Assembly: GCA_965223795.1 (NCBI GenBank)
Contig: CBDCXL010000002.1
Coordinates: forward strand, 960,001-1,024,000
Origin: Nitrospinales bacterium
GTDB lineage: Bacteria > Nitrospinota > Nitrospinia > Nitrospinales > VA-1
Direction of reading: 5' to 3'
Length of the DNA: 64,000 nt
Below are positions 53,260 to 64,000 of the stretch, in pieces. Position numbers and translations under genes: made by a program. The notes beneath the pieces were generated by a model, which was not told the DNA's origin, ran no database searches, and was given only the letters and a program-made list of their open reading frames with translations. The stretch's first letter is position 1, and every line of letters begins with the position of its first letter.

Positions 53260-53495
53260 GGATCCAGGTTGTTCTTGACCAGTTGCGAGATCTGCCCCGG
53301 ATCGAATTCGACGGGGGCTGCGGCGGAACGGTTTTCCTGCTTGATTCTCAAAAACACTTCTTCTCGGTAGATTTTCGTCTCTCTGGGAGCCTCGATGCCC
53401 AGCCGGATGTTTTTCCCTTTTACATCTATAACGGTTATTTTCACTTCTTCATTAATCTTTATGCTTTCTCCGATTTTCCGAGTGAGGACGAGCAT
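53256..53495 (-). CDS. csrA: Carbon storage regulator CsrA
   Basis: MLVLTRKIGESIKI...RLGIEAP....IYREE; start 53495; ATGA overlap with fliW. Confidence 0.95.
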   Translation of the reverse strand: MLVLTRKIGESIKINEEVKITVIDVKGKNIRLGIEAPRETKIYREEVFLRIKQENRSAAAPVEFDPGQISQLVKNNLDP

Positions 53496-53541
53496 GGGTG
53501 GATTCCATTCCTTTTTTGGGGTCGGCGTGGCTTTCGGGGGA

Positions 53542-53550
53542 ATTATAGCA
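53542..53550 (-). promoter_or_regulatory. Extended -10 promoter for csrA-fliW
   Basis: Minus strand TGCTATAAT. Confidence 0.5.
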
Positions 53551-53606
53551 GATTCGTTTGGCTGTCTATGATATTTTCTGGGTGAACGGGCTCCAGGGGT
53601 TATGGA

Positions 53607-53636
53607 TTGACAGCCTGCGGCGGTTTGTGTTACTTT
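53607..53636 (+). promoter_or_regulatory. Putative sigma70 promoter for tRNA-Phe
   Basis: TTGACA-18 bp-TACTTT with TG extension. Confidence 0.5.
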
Positions 53637-53676
53637 TCGCTCTTTCTTTCCGTAACCCATATCCTCTTGAAAACAG

Positions 53677-53745
<69 letters not shown>

Positions 53746-53752
<7 letters not shown>

Positions 53753-53939
53753 GCGTGCCGCTGGACCCCATGTTGCCGCACAATGGGTTTTCCGCCTTCC
53801 TGCCGTTCAGGGCCATATTAAAATCGATTCCGTCGCCCAAGCCCCCTCCTCCGCGGAGGGTGAATTTGCTCCCGCCGGGCAAGGTTCGTTTTGTCAGGCT
53901 CGAACATCCTCGGTAATTCCGCACCAGCGTGCCGCTGGA
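53746..53939. repeat. 20-bp direct repeat containing the tRNA 3' end (att-like)
   Basis: CGCACCAGCGTGCCGCTGGA at 53746-53765 and 53920-53939. Confidence 0.8.
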
Positions 53940-54448
53940 TCCCCTATTTCGGGATGATGGGTTCCCGCCATTCTTTCAGAAAATGTCGTTTCGAAATCGT
54001 TTTCTTTTCCGAGGTCCGATCCTTCTGGAACAAAATATTCGGTAAAAGTGAAGCCACCGGGAATCGAGACGGCTCTGCAACAAACAGAACCCGCTTCTCG
54101 TGATGTTGAACTGCGCGCCTCACCCACTCCTTGTTTCGCCGTTTCCAAAACCCACATGCCGTCCGGTTCTTCTTCCAGGGAGAAGATCATGGAACGAAAA
54201 AACTTCCTTCGGTTCTTTGGTCTGCGAAAAATTTTATTTTCGGTTTTTTCAGGCTGGACATTCTTACAGGTTAAAAGTGTTTCATTAAAAGGGGTTTAAT
54301 TCCTGCTTAATAGAAATTTAATTTTGAGTTTGTATCATTTAACAATAAAAAAATTTTGCCTGAACTTACTTGAGACAAATGAGGCAAAAACTTGTATGGA
54401 ATCCGAATGAATCCAAGTTTCTATTCATTTTCTATTTGGAGGAAAACT

Positions 54449-55930
<1,482 letters not shown>

Positions 55931-55956
55931 GGTTTTCCAAAGCCGTTCGTTTTTCT

Positions 55957-55986
55957 GCCGGGCCCTTCGGGGCCCGGCTTTTTTTT
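55957..55986 (+). terminator. Rho-independent terminator
   Basis: GCCGGGCCC-TTCG-GGGCCCGGC followed by a T-tract. Confidence 0.9.
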
Positions 55987-56037
55987 GTACTTCAGCGGAA
56001 TGATGTATTTGATGAAATTTTTAGCTGGGGAGGGAAG

Positions 56038-56325
56038 TCATTTGATCATGGCAGCGGTTTTTTCAAATGCATCGATAAAATCTTTCCAGGATTTTTCCAC
56101 GCCTTCCCGGCCTTCTTCCATATCCTGTCGAGCGGAAGTCTTGAGCCGGGCGAGGCGGTCCTCAAGATCCAGATACCGTTGCCGAAGTCGTTTCAGTTGG
56201 GGATTGAAACCGGTTTTCTTTTTTTCCGCTGTCAGGGCGGCTTTTTCTTCCAGCTCATCGATCTTCAGTCTCCATTCAGACAGTTTGGCCTCCATGGCCT
56301 GCAAGTTGTAGTTCTCTGAATTCAT
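56038..56325 (-). CDS. Small coiled-coil protein (sll1863-like stress protein)
   Basis: MEAKLSEWRLKIDEL...GVEKSWKDF..AFEKA-type pattern. Confidence 0.65.
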   Translation of the reverse strand: MNSENYNLQAMEAKLSEWRLKIDELEEKAALTAEKKKTGFNPQLKRLRQRYLDLEDRLARLKTSARQDMEEGREGVEKSWKDFIDAFEKTAAMIK

Positions 56326-56410
56326 ATAAGGATCATTTAAGTTTTATCGTTTCGATTCTTTCATCCAGGCTCAACTTCTTTTTGAGGTGTGCCACTCCAT
56401 ATCCACAAGC

Positions 56411-56821
56411 TCACAGACCGGAACAATACACTTCAACCGGAGCGTCTGTCTTAATGGCGTTGATGATGAAGGCCCAGTCGTCCATCCGGACCGGTTTTCC
56501 ATTGAGCTTGGCAATGGAAAGGTTTTTCTTGAGATTGAACATTTTCATTCCCTTGGCTGGCACTTTTTCCCGGGCATAGGGCAGCCCACCCAACACGATC
56601 TGAATTTCGGCGGGATCGCCGTTTTTGTTTTTCACCACAAAATCGTTGGCGCAACTGACTCCGTCGCCTGATTTGACGCTTTTTCCTTGCAACATTTCCG
56701 CCTCTAAATTGAATTCCTTGTCCTCATAGGGATGACTCGCATGGGCCAGTCCCGCCAGAACCAAAAAATAGAAAGAAACGGTTGTGAAAAAGACGATGTG
56801 TTTTTTAGCCAGAATGAACAT
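56411..56821 (-). CDS. Hypothetical secreted protein
   Basis: SD AAAGGAG; signal peptide (AHA|S); two Cys. Confidence 0.65.
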   Translation of the reverse strand: MFILAKKHIVFFTTVSFYFLVLAGLAHASHPYEDKEFNLEAEMLQGKSVKSGDGVSCANDFVVKNKNGDPAEIQIVLGGLPYAREKVPAKGMKMFNLKKNLSIAKLNGKPVRMDDWAFIINAIKTDAPVEVYCSGL

Positions 56822-56889
56822 GATGATGACTCCTTTCTATTGAACTAAATGGGACTGATAAAAATGCTATTATCCAAACAGGAGCGGCC

Positions 56890-58377
56890 TCAGAAGGCCA
56901 CATCCAGGTCCTTGTAATCGAACTGGTAACGCAGAAGTTTTTTCGAGCCATCAGCAGCACGCAAATGGGTTTCCACCAAACGGGCTCCGCCTTCGAAGGC
57001 GTTTTTCACAGCCGCCTGCATTTCACTCCAGCTATCCACCTGGCCGCTGAGATACGCCTTGCCGTCTTCGACGGAAACAAAAATGTCATCTCCATCCACA
57101 TACACGCTCCAGAAATATTCATCTTCAATGTTTTCCCTGATTTCTTCATCGCTTTTGAAAGGCCAGGATTTTTGGATGCTGAGCTGGTTGTTGATCTCCG
57201 CCACTCCGGAAATTCTGGAAACCACATCTTCCACCCGTTTTTTATCGAAGGCGTTATCCACGACGCCGTACAAATTGGCTTTTTTGTTCCGCACGATCAC
57301 GTTGATTTTGTATCGATCGATGAAAGGGTGAAACGCCAGCGCATCTTTGATGTGTTGAGTGAGATCCGTATCCTTCGAATTTTCTTTTGGGCGCACCTTC
57401 AGTTTGTTTATAACTTCTCTCACGCCGGTGGTGAGCCTCGCATCCCTCTCCGCGGATTTTTTGGCTCTCACGTTGTCCACCACGCCTTTCAAGGTGACAA
57501 CGCCGCGATCTACATTCACTTCGATGTCAAAGGGGTTGACCCGGCTGTCCAGCAGAAAGGCTTCCTGAATGGACGATTGGACCTGATCATCTGTTTTCAA
57601 TTCCACCGCTCTGGGCGCATTGATATTCCGAGCCATTCCGGGGTTGACCTGCAGGTTGGAATTGTCCACCTTTTTCACTCCGGCCACCCATGCCAGAAGA
57701 CCCGCCCGTTGTTTTTCGGCCAGGCTGCTGACCGAACCCTCCAACGTCACATTTCCATTTTCGACGCTGACGCGGATCAGAGACTGGTATATTTCAACAT
57801 TGGATTCCAGCCTTCTCTGGATGTCCGCCTGGATTTCATCATCCGGACGGTTGGCCTTGTATTTGAATTCGATCTGATTGCTCACCGCACGGACACCGAC
57901 AACGCCGCGCGCGACCTCGCCGGCCAGTTGTTTTTCCTGCCAGGAGTCCACTTCCCCTTTGAGGATGACCCGGCCGGAATCCACTTCCACGTCCACTTCT
58001 TTTTTGTCCACCGCGGGATCCCAGACCATCGCCTTTTGGATGTCATTTTTGATCTCTTCATCGTCCCGTTGCACTGGAACGACTTCGATTTTATCGATGA
58101 TGGAGCGCACACCCCGGATATTCTGGGCAATGAGTATCGCCCGTTCTTTTGCCAGCAAATTGTCCACCGACCCGGACAGGGCGACGATTCCGCGATTCAC
58201 CGATACATCGATCAGGTGAGAGGAAACACCCTCGTCAACGTACAAATCCGATTCGATGGCAACGGTGATTTTTTCATCGGTAAAATCCTGATCGAAAAGA
58301 GCGGACGCAGAAGCAGGCCACAACCCAAAGAAAACCAGCATCATGAAAATCGCTTGCAAACGGTTCTTCAAACTCAT
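56890..58377 (-). CDS. Secreted protein with six BON domains
   Basis: Signal peptide; six D.EI...I...L / GxVxLxGxV / GV..V.N.L repeats. Confidence 0.9.
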   Translation of the reverse strand: MSLKNRLQAIFMMLVFFGLWPASASALFDQDFTDEKITVAIESDLYVDEGVSSHLIDVSVNRGIVALSGSVDNLLAKERAILIAQNIRGVRSIIDKIEVVPVQRDDEEIKNDIQKAMVWDPAVDKKEVDVEVDSGRVILKGEVDSWQEKQLAGEVARGVVGVRAVSNQIEFKYKANRPDDEIQADIQRRLESNVEIYQSLIRVSVENGNVTLEGSVSSLAEKQRAGLLAWVAGVKKVDNSNLQVNPGMARNINAPRAVELKTDDQVQSSIQEAFLLDSRVNPFDIEVNVDRGVVTLKGVVDNVRAKKSAERDARLTTGVREVINKLKVRPKENSKDTDLTQHIKDALAFHPFIDRYKINVIVRNKKANLYGVVDNAFDKKRVEDVVSRISGVAEINNQLSIQKSWPFKSDEEIRENIEDEYFWSVYVDGDDIFVSVEDGKAYLSGQVDSWSEMQAAVKNAFEGGARLVETHLRAADGSKKLLRYQFDYKDLDVAF

Positions 58378-58444
58378 AGACACCCCTTGTTGTTATTTGT
58401 TTATTTCGATTTGCTCCTTGTGCCGCTGAAGGAAGCTTTGATCC

Positions 58445-58660
58445 TTATTTTTTGCTTTTTGCCAAAAAGTTGGAGGACGTCATTGCGGCATGAACCCTTT
58501 CGTCTATCCATCCCGGATGTGCCTCGGTACCGAATTCTTTCCGGAAATCATTTTCAAATTCTTCCCGCAGAAATTCCTGGATCAGGACCCTCTTTTGCGT
58601 TTTTGAGATGAAGCCGTCAACCATCCTTGCTGAGATCTCTTTATTCAAACCGTTTTTCAT
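58445..58660 (-). CDS. Small hypothetical protein
   Basis: SD AGGGAG before ATG 58660; 71 aa; co-directional with the BON gene. Confidence 0.45.
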   Translation of the reverse strand: MKNGLNKEISARMVDGFISKTQKRVLIQEFLREEFENDFRKEFGTEAHPGWIDERVHAAMTSSNFLAKSKK

Positions 58661-58759
58661 GTCACGCTCCCTGATTGAAAAAAACTTCAGACTCACTGAC
58701 AAAGGTTGAAAGTGGGTGGCTCACCCCCCTGTTCCCATTCGGATTGATACCTGAACCCA

Positions 58760-58775
58760 TACAAAATCCGTTCCT
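58760..58775 (-). promoter_or_regulatory. Weak sigma54-like promoter
   Basis: Minus strand AGGAACGGATTTTGTA (GG-N10-GT). Confidence 0.35.
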
Positions 58776-59031
58776 AATTATGGACACCGCCCAGTTCTCT
58801 TATTTTCAACAAATTGCCTGAATTTCTTCGCGCATGCGGATTTGCGGAAAAGGGCAAATCCCCCAGGCAAATGGTTGAATTCCCCTGATCGCCTTTAGGG
58901 GCAAAGGAGGACGCACGTTGGTGGGGATTTCCCCCAAAAAGGTGGATATCCACCACAAAATTCCTTGATAAACGTTTTCCAAAATGAAAATTTTAGGGAA
59001 AGGAGTTCTCTCACCCGGGAATCCGGAGTTT

Positions 59032-59069
59032 AAAGAAAAAAGCGGATCATTCGATCCGCTTTTTTCTTT
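59032..59069. terminator. Bidirectional Rho-independent terminator
   Basis: AAAGAAAAAAGCGGATC-ATTC-GATCCGCTTTTTTCTTT, 17-bp perfect inverted repeat downstream of the TPR gene. Confidence 0.85.
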
Positions 59070-59103
59070 TAGCCGCTTAAAAATCAGATGGTTGAAAATA
59101 TAT

Positions 59104-59517
59104 TCATTTCAGGTGGGCTTTCAAAATGGGGGATTCCACGATCAGGGGATTGCCCTGGGCATGATCCTTGGCCTGCTGAAACCGGAGCGTTGCTTTTTTG
59201 TGCATTCCCAGTTTATCCAGGGTCACCGCCTCGTTGAATAAAACGACTGCGGTGTTTGGCTTGAGTTTGAGGGCCGCTTGAAAATGCTTTAAAGCCTTTT
59301 CATAGTTCAATTTAAGGTACTCTTCCGTTCCTTCCTGATTGTGTTTCATCACTTGCGCGTCGGTCCCTTCCGGGAGGGGCAGCGGCCCTTCTCCAGCCTT
59401 GAATCCAAAGGGATGTTTACCAGTATCGACCGCATGAGGGCTTTGGTCTGATAGTACCGATTGCGGGAGAATCAACATGGAAATGATGAAGATCAGTAAT
59501 GAAAATCGTTTAGCCAT
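59104..59517 (-). CDS. Secreted TPR-repeat protein
   Basis: SD AAAGGAG; signal peptide; HNQEG...YEKALKHFQAALKLKP..AVVLFNEAVTL. Confidence 0.8.
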   Translation of the reverse strand: MAKRFSLLIFIISMLILPQSVLSDQSPHAVDTGKHPFGFKAGEGPLPLPEGTDAQVMKHNQEGTEEYLKLNYEKALKHFQAALKLKPNTAVVLFNEAVTLDKLGMHKKATLRFQQAKDHAQGNPLIVESPILKAHLK

Positions 59518-59580
59518 ACCATGCTCCTTTCCTGAAAATCGAAAGACTTCAGTTTCAACTGCACACTTTACAAAGACAAG

Positions 59581-59596
59581 AGCAAAAATTATGCCG
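59581..59596 (-). promoter_or_regulatory. sigma54 (-24/-12) promoter for the TPR gene
   Basis: Minus strand CGGCATAATTTTTGCT (GG-N10-GC). Confidence 0.6.
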
Positions 59597-59723
59597 AAGC
59601 AGGATAACGACCCGGAAATCTGTTTTTTCCCGCAAGATCCCTCCCAATCATTTTTTTCAGAAGTCCCGGAAAAACGATCTTCACGTGAACGTTTTCCAGT
59701 CAGCGGCTTTTCATCTGAAAACA

Positions 59724-59739
59724 TGGAACCGGTTTTGCA
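59724..59739 (+). promoter_or_regulatory. sigma54 (-24/-12) promoter for the second BON gene
   Basis: TGGAACCGGTTTTGCA (GG-N10-GC). Confidence 0.6.
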
Positions 59740-59813
59740 TATTAAATTGGCAAAGCATTTTTTTTATCCGGATGAAACGCTCTTCGTTTCTTTTAACTTT
59801 GAGGAAGGTATCC

Positions 59814-61324
59814 ATGTCGATCGCATTTTCAAAAAAAATCTCTTCGGGTCTCCGAAGGCTCATGTATGTATTTTGCCTGTTTGCTTTTGTGGGATTCCTG
59901 TTTCCTCATACCGGGACGGCCGCTCTCATTCCGCCCTCGGACGAACAGATCACCGGGGCAATAGAAAGGAGCCTGACGGTCCGGGTTGGAGGAGACACGT
60001 CGATGATTCAGGTCAAAACGCAAGACGGCATTGTGACGCTTTCGGGAATCGCGGACGATTTGATGGCCCGGGAACGGGTTGTGGATATCGCCCAAACCAT
60101 TCAGGGTGTTCGCAGCGTCGTGGACAATCTGCATCTGGCGGGTCTGGACCGTCCGGATCCGGAAATCTTGAAGGCCCTGAAAAAAGCTGTGCAGCAGGAC
60201 CTTGTCCTGGAGGGGTATTCCATCCAGGCCGATGTGAAAGATGGGATCGCGGTTTTGCAGGGAAGGGTGGAAACTCATCAGGAAAAAGAGCTGGCCAGCG
60301 ACGTGGCCAAAGCCATCCAGGGTGTCCGGGCGGTGAACAATGACCTTGAGGTGGAACAGAAATGGCAACGTTCCGACTCGGAAATTCAGGCGGAGATCGA
60401 ACGCCGCCTGCAATCGAATGTGTGGATTTTCGAAGAAGGCATCACCGTCCGGGTTCGGGAAGGCACTGTGTTTCTTGATGGAACGGTGGCAAGCGAAGCG
60501 GAAAGAAAACGGGTTCTTGCAGTCACTCAAACCAAAGGAGTTCGCGAAGTGGATGATCGCGAACTGAAAATCAACACCTGGATCCGCGGTGAAGATCTGC
60601 GACGAACCAAACCGGTTTCCCTGGATGACGATGCCATTCAGGAGGCGGTGACCGATGCCCTCGCTCTCGATCCCCGAATCGAATCTGATTCGATTCAGGT
60701 GCGAGTGGAGGAAGGCCTCGTCTATCTAAATGGAACGGTGGAGCATTATCTGGAAAAATTCGCCGCAGAAGAGGACGCTTCGAATACCGTGGGTGTCAAA
60801 CGCACCATCAATGGTATTCAGGTAAAGCTGAAAGAGTCGCGGCGCTCGGATTCGGTGATCCGCCACGCCGCCGAAATGGCCCTTGCCAATCATCCGGTGA
60901 CGGAGGGGCTTCAACCCAAGATACAGGTGCAAGATAAAAACGTGGCGGTGGAGGGTGAAGTCCGCACTCTTTACGAAAAAGCCTGGGTGGAACGGATCAT
61001 CTCCCGGATTCCGGAAGTGCAGACCATCGAAAACCGACTGAACGTCCAGTCCTCCTGGCCTAAAAAAACGGATGAAGCCATCGCGAGGATATCGAAAACC
61101 TGATGAATTGGAGCGTGTATGTGGATGGAGGGAACTATTCCGTTTCCGTGAGGGAAGGCATTGCTGTTTTGAATGGAAAGGCAAGCGACTGGAAAGAAGT
61201 GCAGCAGGTTGTCAAAAAAGCATTTCAGGGCGGTGCACGAAAGGTAATGACAAACCTCACTCTGGAACAGGGCAGACCGGTGAAGCATGAATTCGAATAT
61301 CGGGATATTCGCCTGGGTCTGTGA
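59814..61324 (+). pseudogene. Six-BON-domain paralog with a 1-bp frameshift near 61085 (or a sequencing error)
   Basis: ORF 59814-61103 ends DEAIARISKT*; the shifted frame reads EDIENLMNWSVYVDG, matching the paralog's ENIEDEYFWSVYVDG. Confidence 0.8.
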
Positions 61325-61373
61325 TGGCCGTTCGTGGAGAGCAACTTTCATCTGCTCTCCGCCTGCAGCCGAC

Positions 61374-64000
61374 TCAACGGTTGGGATTGTTTGCCATTTT
61401 GATCCCTTCCGGAAAATGCGGTTGCGGCCGAAGCGCTTTGAGAACAAAATCGACTCCCTGCACGAGTGAACCGGAACCTTGAACGTTCACTTTGCGGTTT
61501 GCGGTGGACTGCATCTGCAACCGTCTTGCCTGTTGCGGAGAAACGCGCACGAGATAGGTTCCGGGTGGAATTTTTTCAAAGAGATAAAATCCGTCGAATT
61601 CGGTTTTCACTTCCTGCACCACTTCATGAGGCTCATCCCTCGCGGGAAATTCCAACGATGAAATCTGCTTGCGGGAAAATGCAGACCGTGATGGGTCTTC
61701 TGCACGGGAGCCGAAAATCAGGAAGGAACGGTTGAAATCTCTCATCCGGGTCACTCGTCCTTCTGAATCGATGTAGTGACGGTCGAGGTATTGCCGCAAT
61801 CGCCGCACGAGTTTCATCTTGAACGCATCGGTGCTGCGCAGAAGCTGCATCGTTACATTCGACACCGGAGTTTCCCTTCCCCCCTTATTCAGAAGCACGG
61901 TGCCCTCGATTTCACCTGTGGTGTAGACGGGGAAATCAAGCTGAATGGTTCGTCCCGGCCGGGGAACAAACCGGTACCCCGCATTGGGCAAAACCCAGAA
62001 TGGATCTTCCAGTGAAGCGGCGTCGACGGACAGGGACAGGGGCCGGAAGCTGCCGAGCCCGGGCAGAAACGCCACACCGTCCTTTCCGGTTTTGAGATTC
62101 CGGTTTCTTCCCTTGAAGCTGACGTTTTCCAGAGGTTCGTCTCCCTTGTCGAAGGTCTCGTTCTGGTTGTTGTCGAGAAACACCCGTGCGGACGCGGCGC
62201 CGCTGGTGGCCATCCGGTCCGCCAGCACCACCCATCGCTTGTGACGCGGCTCCCGCCCCAGGCTGAACGTGATCGAGGTCCCGGCCGTGTAGGTTCCATC
62301 GTCCGAAACCGTGCCATTCAGCCCCAGGGCGAAGGATTCGAACCGCCGGTTGATGCCCGCGTTGTACCGGGTCGTTTGGCTTGAATTGAGCTGCCGGTTG
62401 ACGCCCAGGCGTGCGCTGAAATTCCGCGACAGGTAATAATCGCCGGTGACGGAAGTGCTGTCCAATTCCAGGTCCGGCTGAAAGTCGTAAGCCAGCGTCC
62501 CGCGCAGAACGAATTTGCTCACGCGGCCGCTGGCCAGCACGAAACCGTCTCCGCGGGATTGAGATCGAAACCCGCCGCCCTGGGCGTGCTGCCAGTTGAG
62601 CGTGTTTGAAAGTGAAATTCCGGTGAACAGCGTCGAAAGCCGGTTGGACACGCGATACTGAAGCCGGTCCGATTGCCTTTCTTCGATTTCACCGCGCAGG
62701 GACCAGGGGATTCTGGGAAATATATTCCATTCGGGAAGCGTCCCGTCCACACGCAGTTCGGATTCACTGGCGATCGCGTCGGATAAATCCTGAAAGCGTT
62801 CGTTGACATAGTCCACAAAGCGGCTGTGTTGCGCGAAAAGATGGAGTCCTCCTAGTTCGGTCTGCAGGGCGACCTGACCCGCGGTTCCTCCGGCATCGTT
62901 TTTCGTGATATCCAGGCGAGTGAACATGCCCCACAAAGACCCCCGGATTCCCAGCGATGCGAAATGACGCCGTCCCCGTTTGAGTCGCAGGCTGGCGAAA
63001 TTGGCGGCGAGGGAAAAACGGCGATGCGCGCCGATCTCGTATTCGAAATAGTAGCGCCCCTGTCCGTCTCCCGTTTCCGGGAATGTCCGCCCTTCCCCCA
63101 CTTCGAACAGATCGCGGTTCTTGAAATTCGCGGCCGCGCGAAAATACTGCTTACCGGGTTGAGCCTGCCCCTGCCCGACAGGCAGCCGCAGCACCTGTTC
63201 CCGCTTTTGTCCCTGCGGCCCGTAAAGCACCAGCCGCAGGAAGTTGTTGCCGAAAAGCAGCGGCACATCGGCAAACTCATAACGTCCGTCTGCGTTTGCG
63301 GCAACCTGGGAATCGATGAGCGTGTCGTTCCGGTACAGCTCGACTTCCCAGCCTAAAGGCAGCTCGCCTCGCAGATTGATGCGATCGAATTCCCGTTGCT
63401 GGAACAGCGGGAAACTGGAAATTTCCAGACCGGCGCCCGATCCGCTGCGGGAAATGAGCGGCAATTGCGGGCTGAACACATCTCCCAATGCAAACTCCGT
63501 TGCGTTCAGAGGCCCCAGCAGACCTGCGTCCGGATTTTTCCGGCCCAGCTTGACTCTCAGGTCGGAAAGCGGATCTTCGCCGCTGCCCGAAAGAAAGGCT
63601 TCGGCATTCATGAAAAGCAGATCTCCGCTGATCAGGCTGTTGTATTGCGAACGGGTTTTCGATTCGGAATCGTTTTCATAATCAAAATTGTAAACCGTGT
63701 CGATGGCGGGCCAGTCGAGGAGGCGGTAGGGGTCGTCGCGCACCGGGTAGCCGGCATCGGGCGGGAAAGCGCGGTGGTTCAGTTTGTCGCGCAGCTTGCC
63801 GCGATTCAGCTTCGCCTGAAAGGGAAGTGTCTCGCGCGGCTTGACGTCGAGGGACAACTGCGACAGATCGAATTTAAAATCGAGGGGGAACCAGCGGGAA
63901 AGCAGCGCGTCCTGCACGAAAATTTCAAGATCGCGGATGAACACGTGGTCCGGAGTGAAGCGATGGGCGCTGCCTTCGACCACGGCGGTGCGCTGCGGGA
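61374..64000 (-). CDS. Usher-like outer-membrane protein with carboxypeptidase-regulatory-like Ig domains (5' end beyond the window)
   Basis: GWEVELYRND, GRYEF.DVPLLFG.N, LYGPQGQ, beta-barrel strands, RVFLDNN, FDGFYLFEKIPPG; frame open to the window edge. Confidence 0.75.
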   Translation of the reverse strand, partial: PQRTAVVEGSAHRFTPDHVFIRDLEIFVQDALLSRWFPLDFKFDLSQLSLDVKPRETLPFQAKLNRGKLRDKLNHRAFPPDAGYPVRDDPYRLLDWPAIDTVYNFDYENDSESKTRSQYNSLISGDLLFMNAEAFLSGSGEDPLSDLRVKLGRKNPDAGLLGPLNATEFALGDVFSPQLPLISRSGSGAGLEISSFPLFQQREFDRINLRGELPLGWEVELYRNDTLIDSQVAANADGRYEFADVPLLFGNNFLRLVLYGPQGQKREQVLRLPVGQGQAQPGKQYFRAAANFKNRDLFEVGEGRTFPETGDGQGRYYFEYEIGAHRRFSLAANFASLRLKRGRRHFASLGIRGSLWGMFTRLDITKNDAGGTAGQVALQTELGGLHLFAQHSRFVDYVNERFQDLSDAIASESELRVDGTLPEWNIFPRIPWSLRGEIEERQSDRLQYRVSNRLSTLFTGISLSNTLNWQHAQGGGFRSQSRGDGFVLASGRVSKFVLRGTLAYDFQPDLELDSTSVTGDYYLSRNFSARLGVNRQLNSSQTTRYNAGINRRFESFALGLNGTVSDDGTYTAGTSITFSLGREPRHKRWVVLADRMATSGAASARVFLDNNQNETFDKGDEPLENVSFKGRNRNLKTGKDGVAFLPGLGSFRPLSLSVDAASLEDPFWVLPNAGYRFVPRPGRTIQLDFPVYTTGEIEGTVLLNKGGRETPVSNVTMQLLRSTDAFKMKLVRRLRQYLDRHYIDSEGRVTRMRDFNRSFLIFGSRAEDPSRSAFSRKQISSLEFPARDEPHEVVQEVKTEFDGFYLFEKIPPGTYLVRVSPQQARRLQMQSTANRKVNVQGSGSLVQGVDFVLKALRPQPHFPEGIKMANNPNR

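Noticed and set aside
53496..53660. N-terminal extension of CsrA in the ORF track
   Set aside because: The canonical MLVLTRK start at 53495 has its own SD and promoter inside the extension
53894..54190. 98-aa ORF after tRNA-Phe as a possible integrase remnant
   Set aside because: No tyrosine or serine recombinase motifs; probably spurious
54382..54396. sigma54 promoter before degP/Q (AGGCAAAAACTTGTA)
   Set aside because: GG-to-GT spacing is 9 rather than 10 and the -12 is non-consensus
56965..58611. 548-aa plus-strand ORF
   Set aside because: Antisense shadow of the BON gene

Overview
GC-rich bacterial chromosomal segment. Gene content and style suggest Nitrospinota or a deltaproteobacterium-like organism (inference, not searched). 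Positions 1-53.7 kb are mostly core or ordinary accessory genes: radical SAM, mpl, HAD phosphatase, PfkB kinase, dacB, pepF, valS, a RomR/PopZ-like response regulator, ABC-F, oppBC-like permeases, Nif3, csp, yajQ, an HD-GYP regulator, a K+ channel-yhaO-yhaN operon, a TetR-MMPL-LolA-like-OMP cluster followed by a four-repeat Cys protein, a tetraheme cytochrome and a ferredoxin-MBL fusion, then fliW-csrA and tRNA-Phe. Past tRNA-Phe, whose 3' end is duplicated as a 20-bp direct repeat, the DNA is visibly more AT-rich. It carries an envelope-stress islet: a DegP/Q protease, two divergent six-BON-domain paralogs (one frameshifted), small secreted proteins, sigma54-type promoters and candidate enhancer palindromes. 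The window ends in a truncated usher-like outer-membrane gene. No CRISPR array, rRNA, integrase or transposase was seen. The best candidates for an undescribed system are the TetR/MMPL operon with its extra genes, the tRNA-Phe BON/DegP islet, the RomR/PopZ-like scaffold, and an intact/degenerate radical SAM pair behind mpl. All product calls come from motif recognition only.
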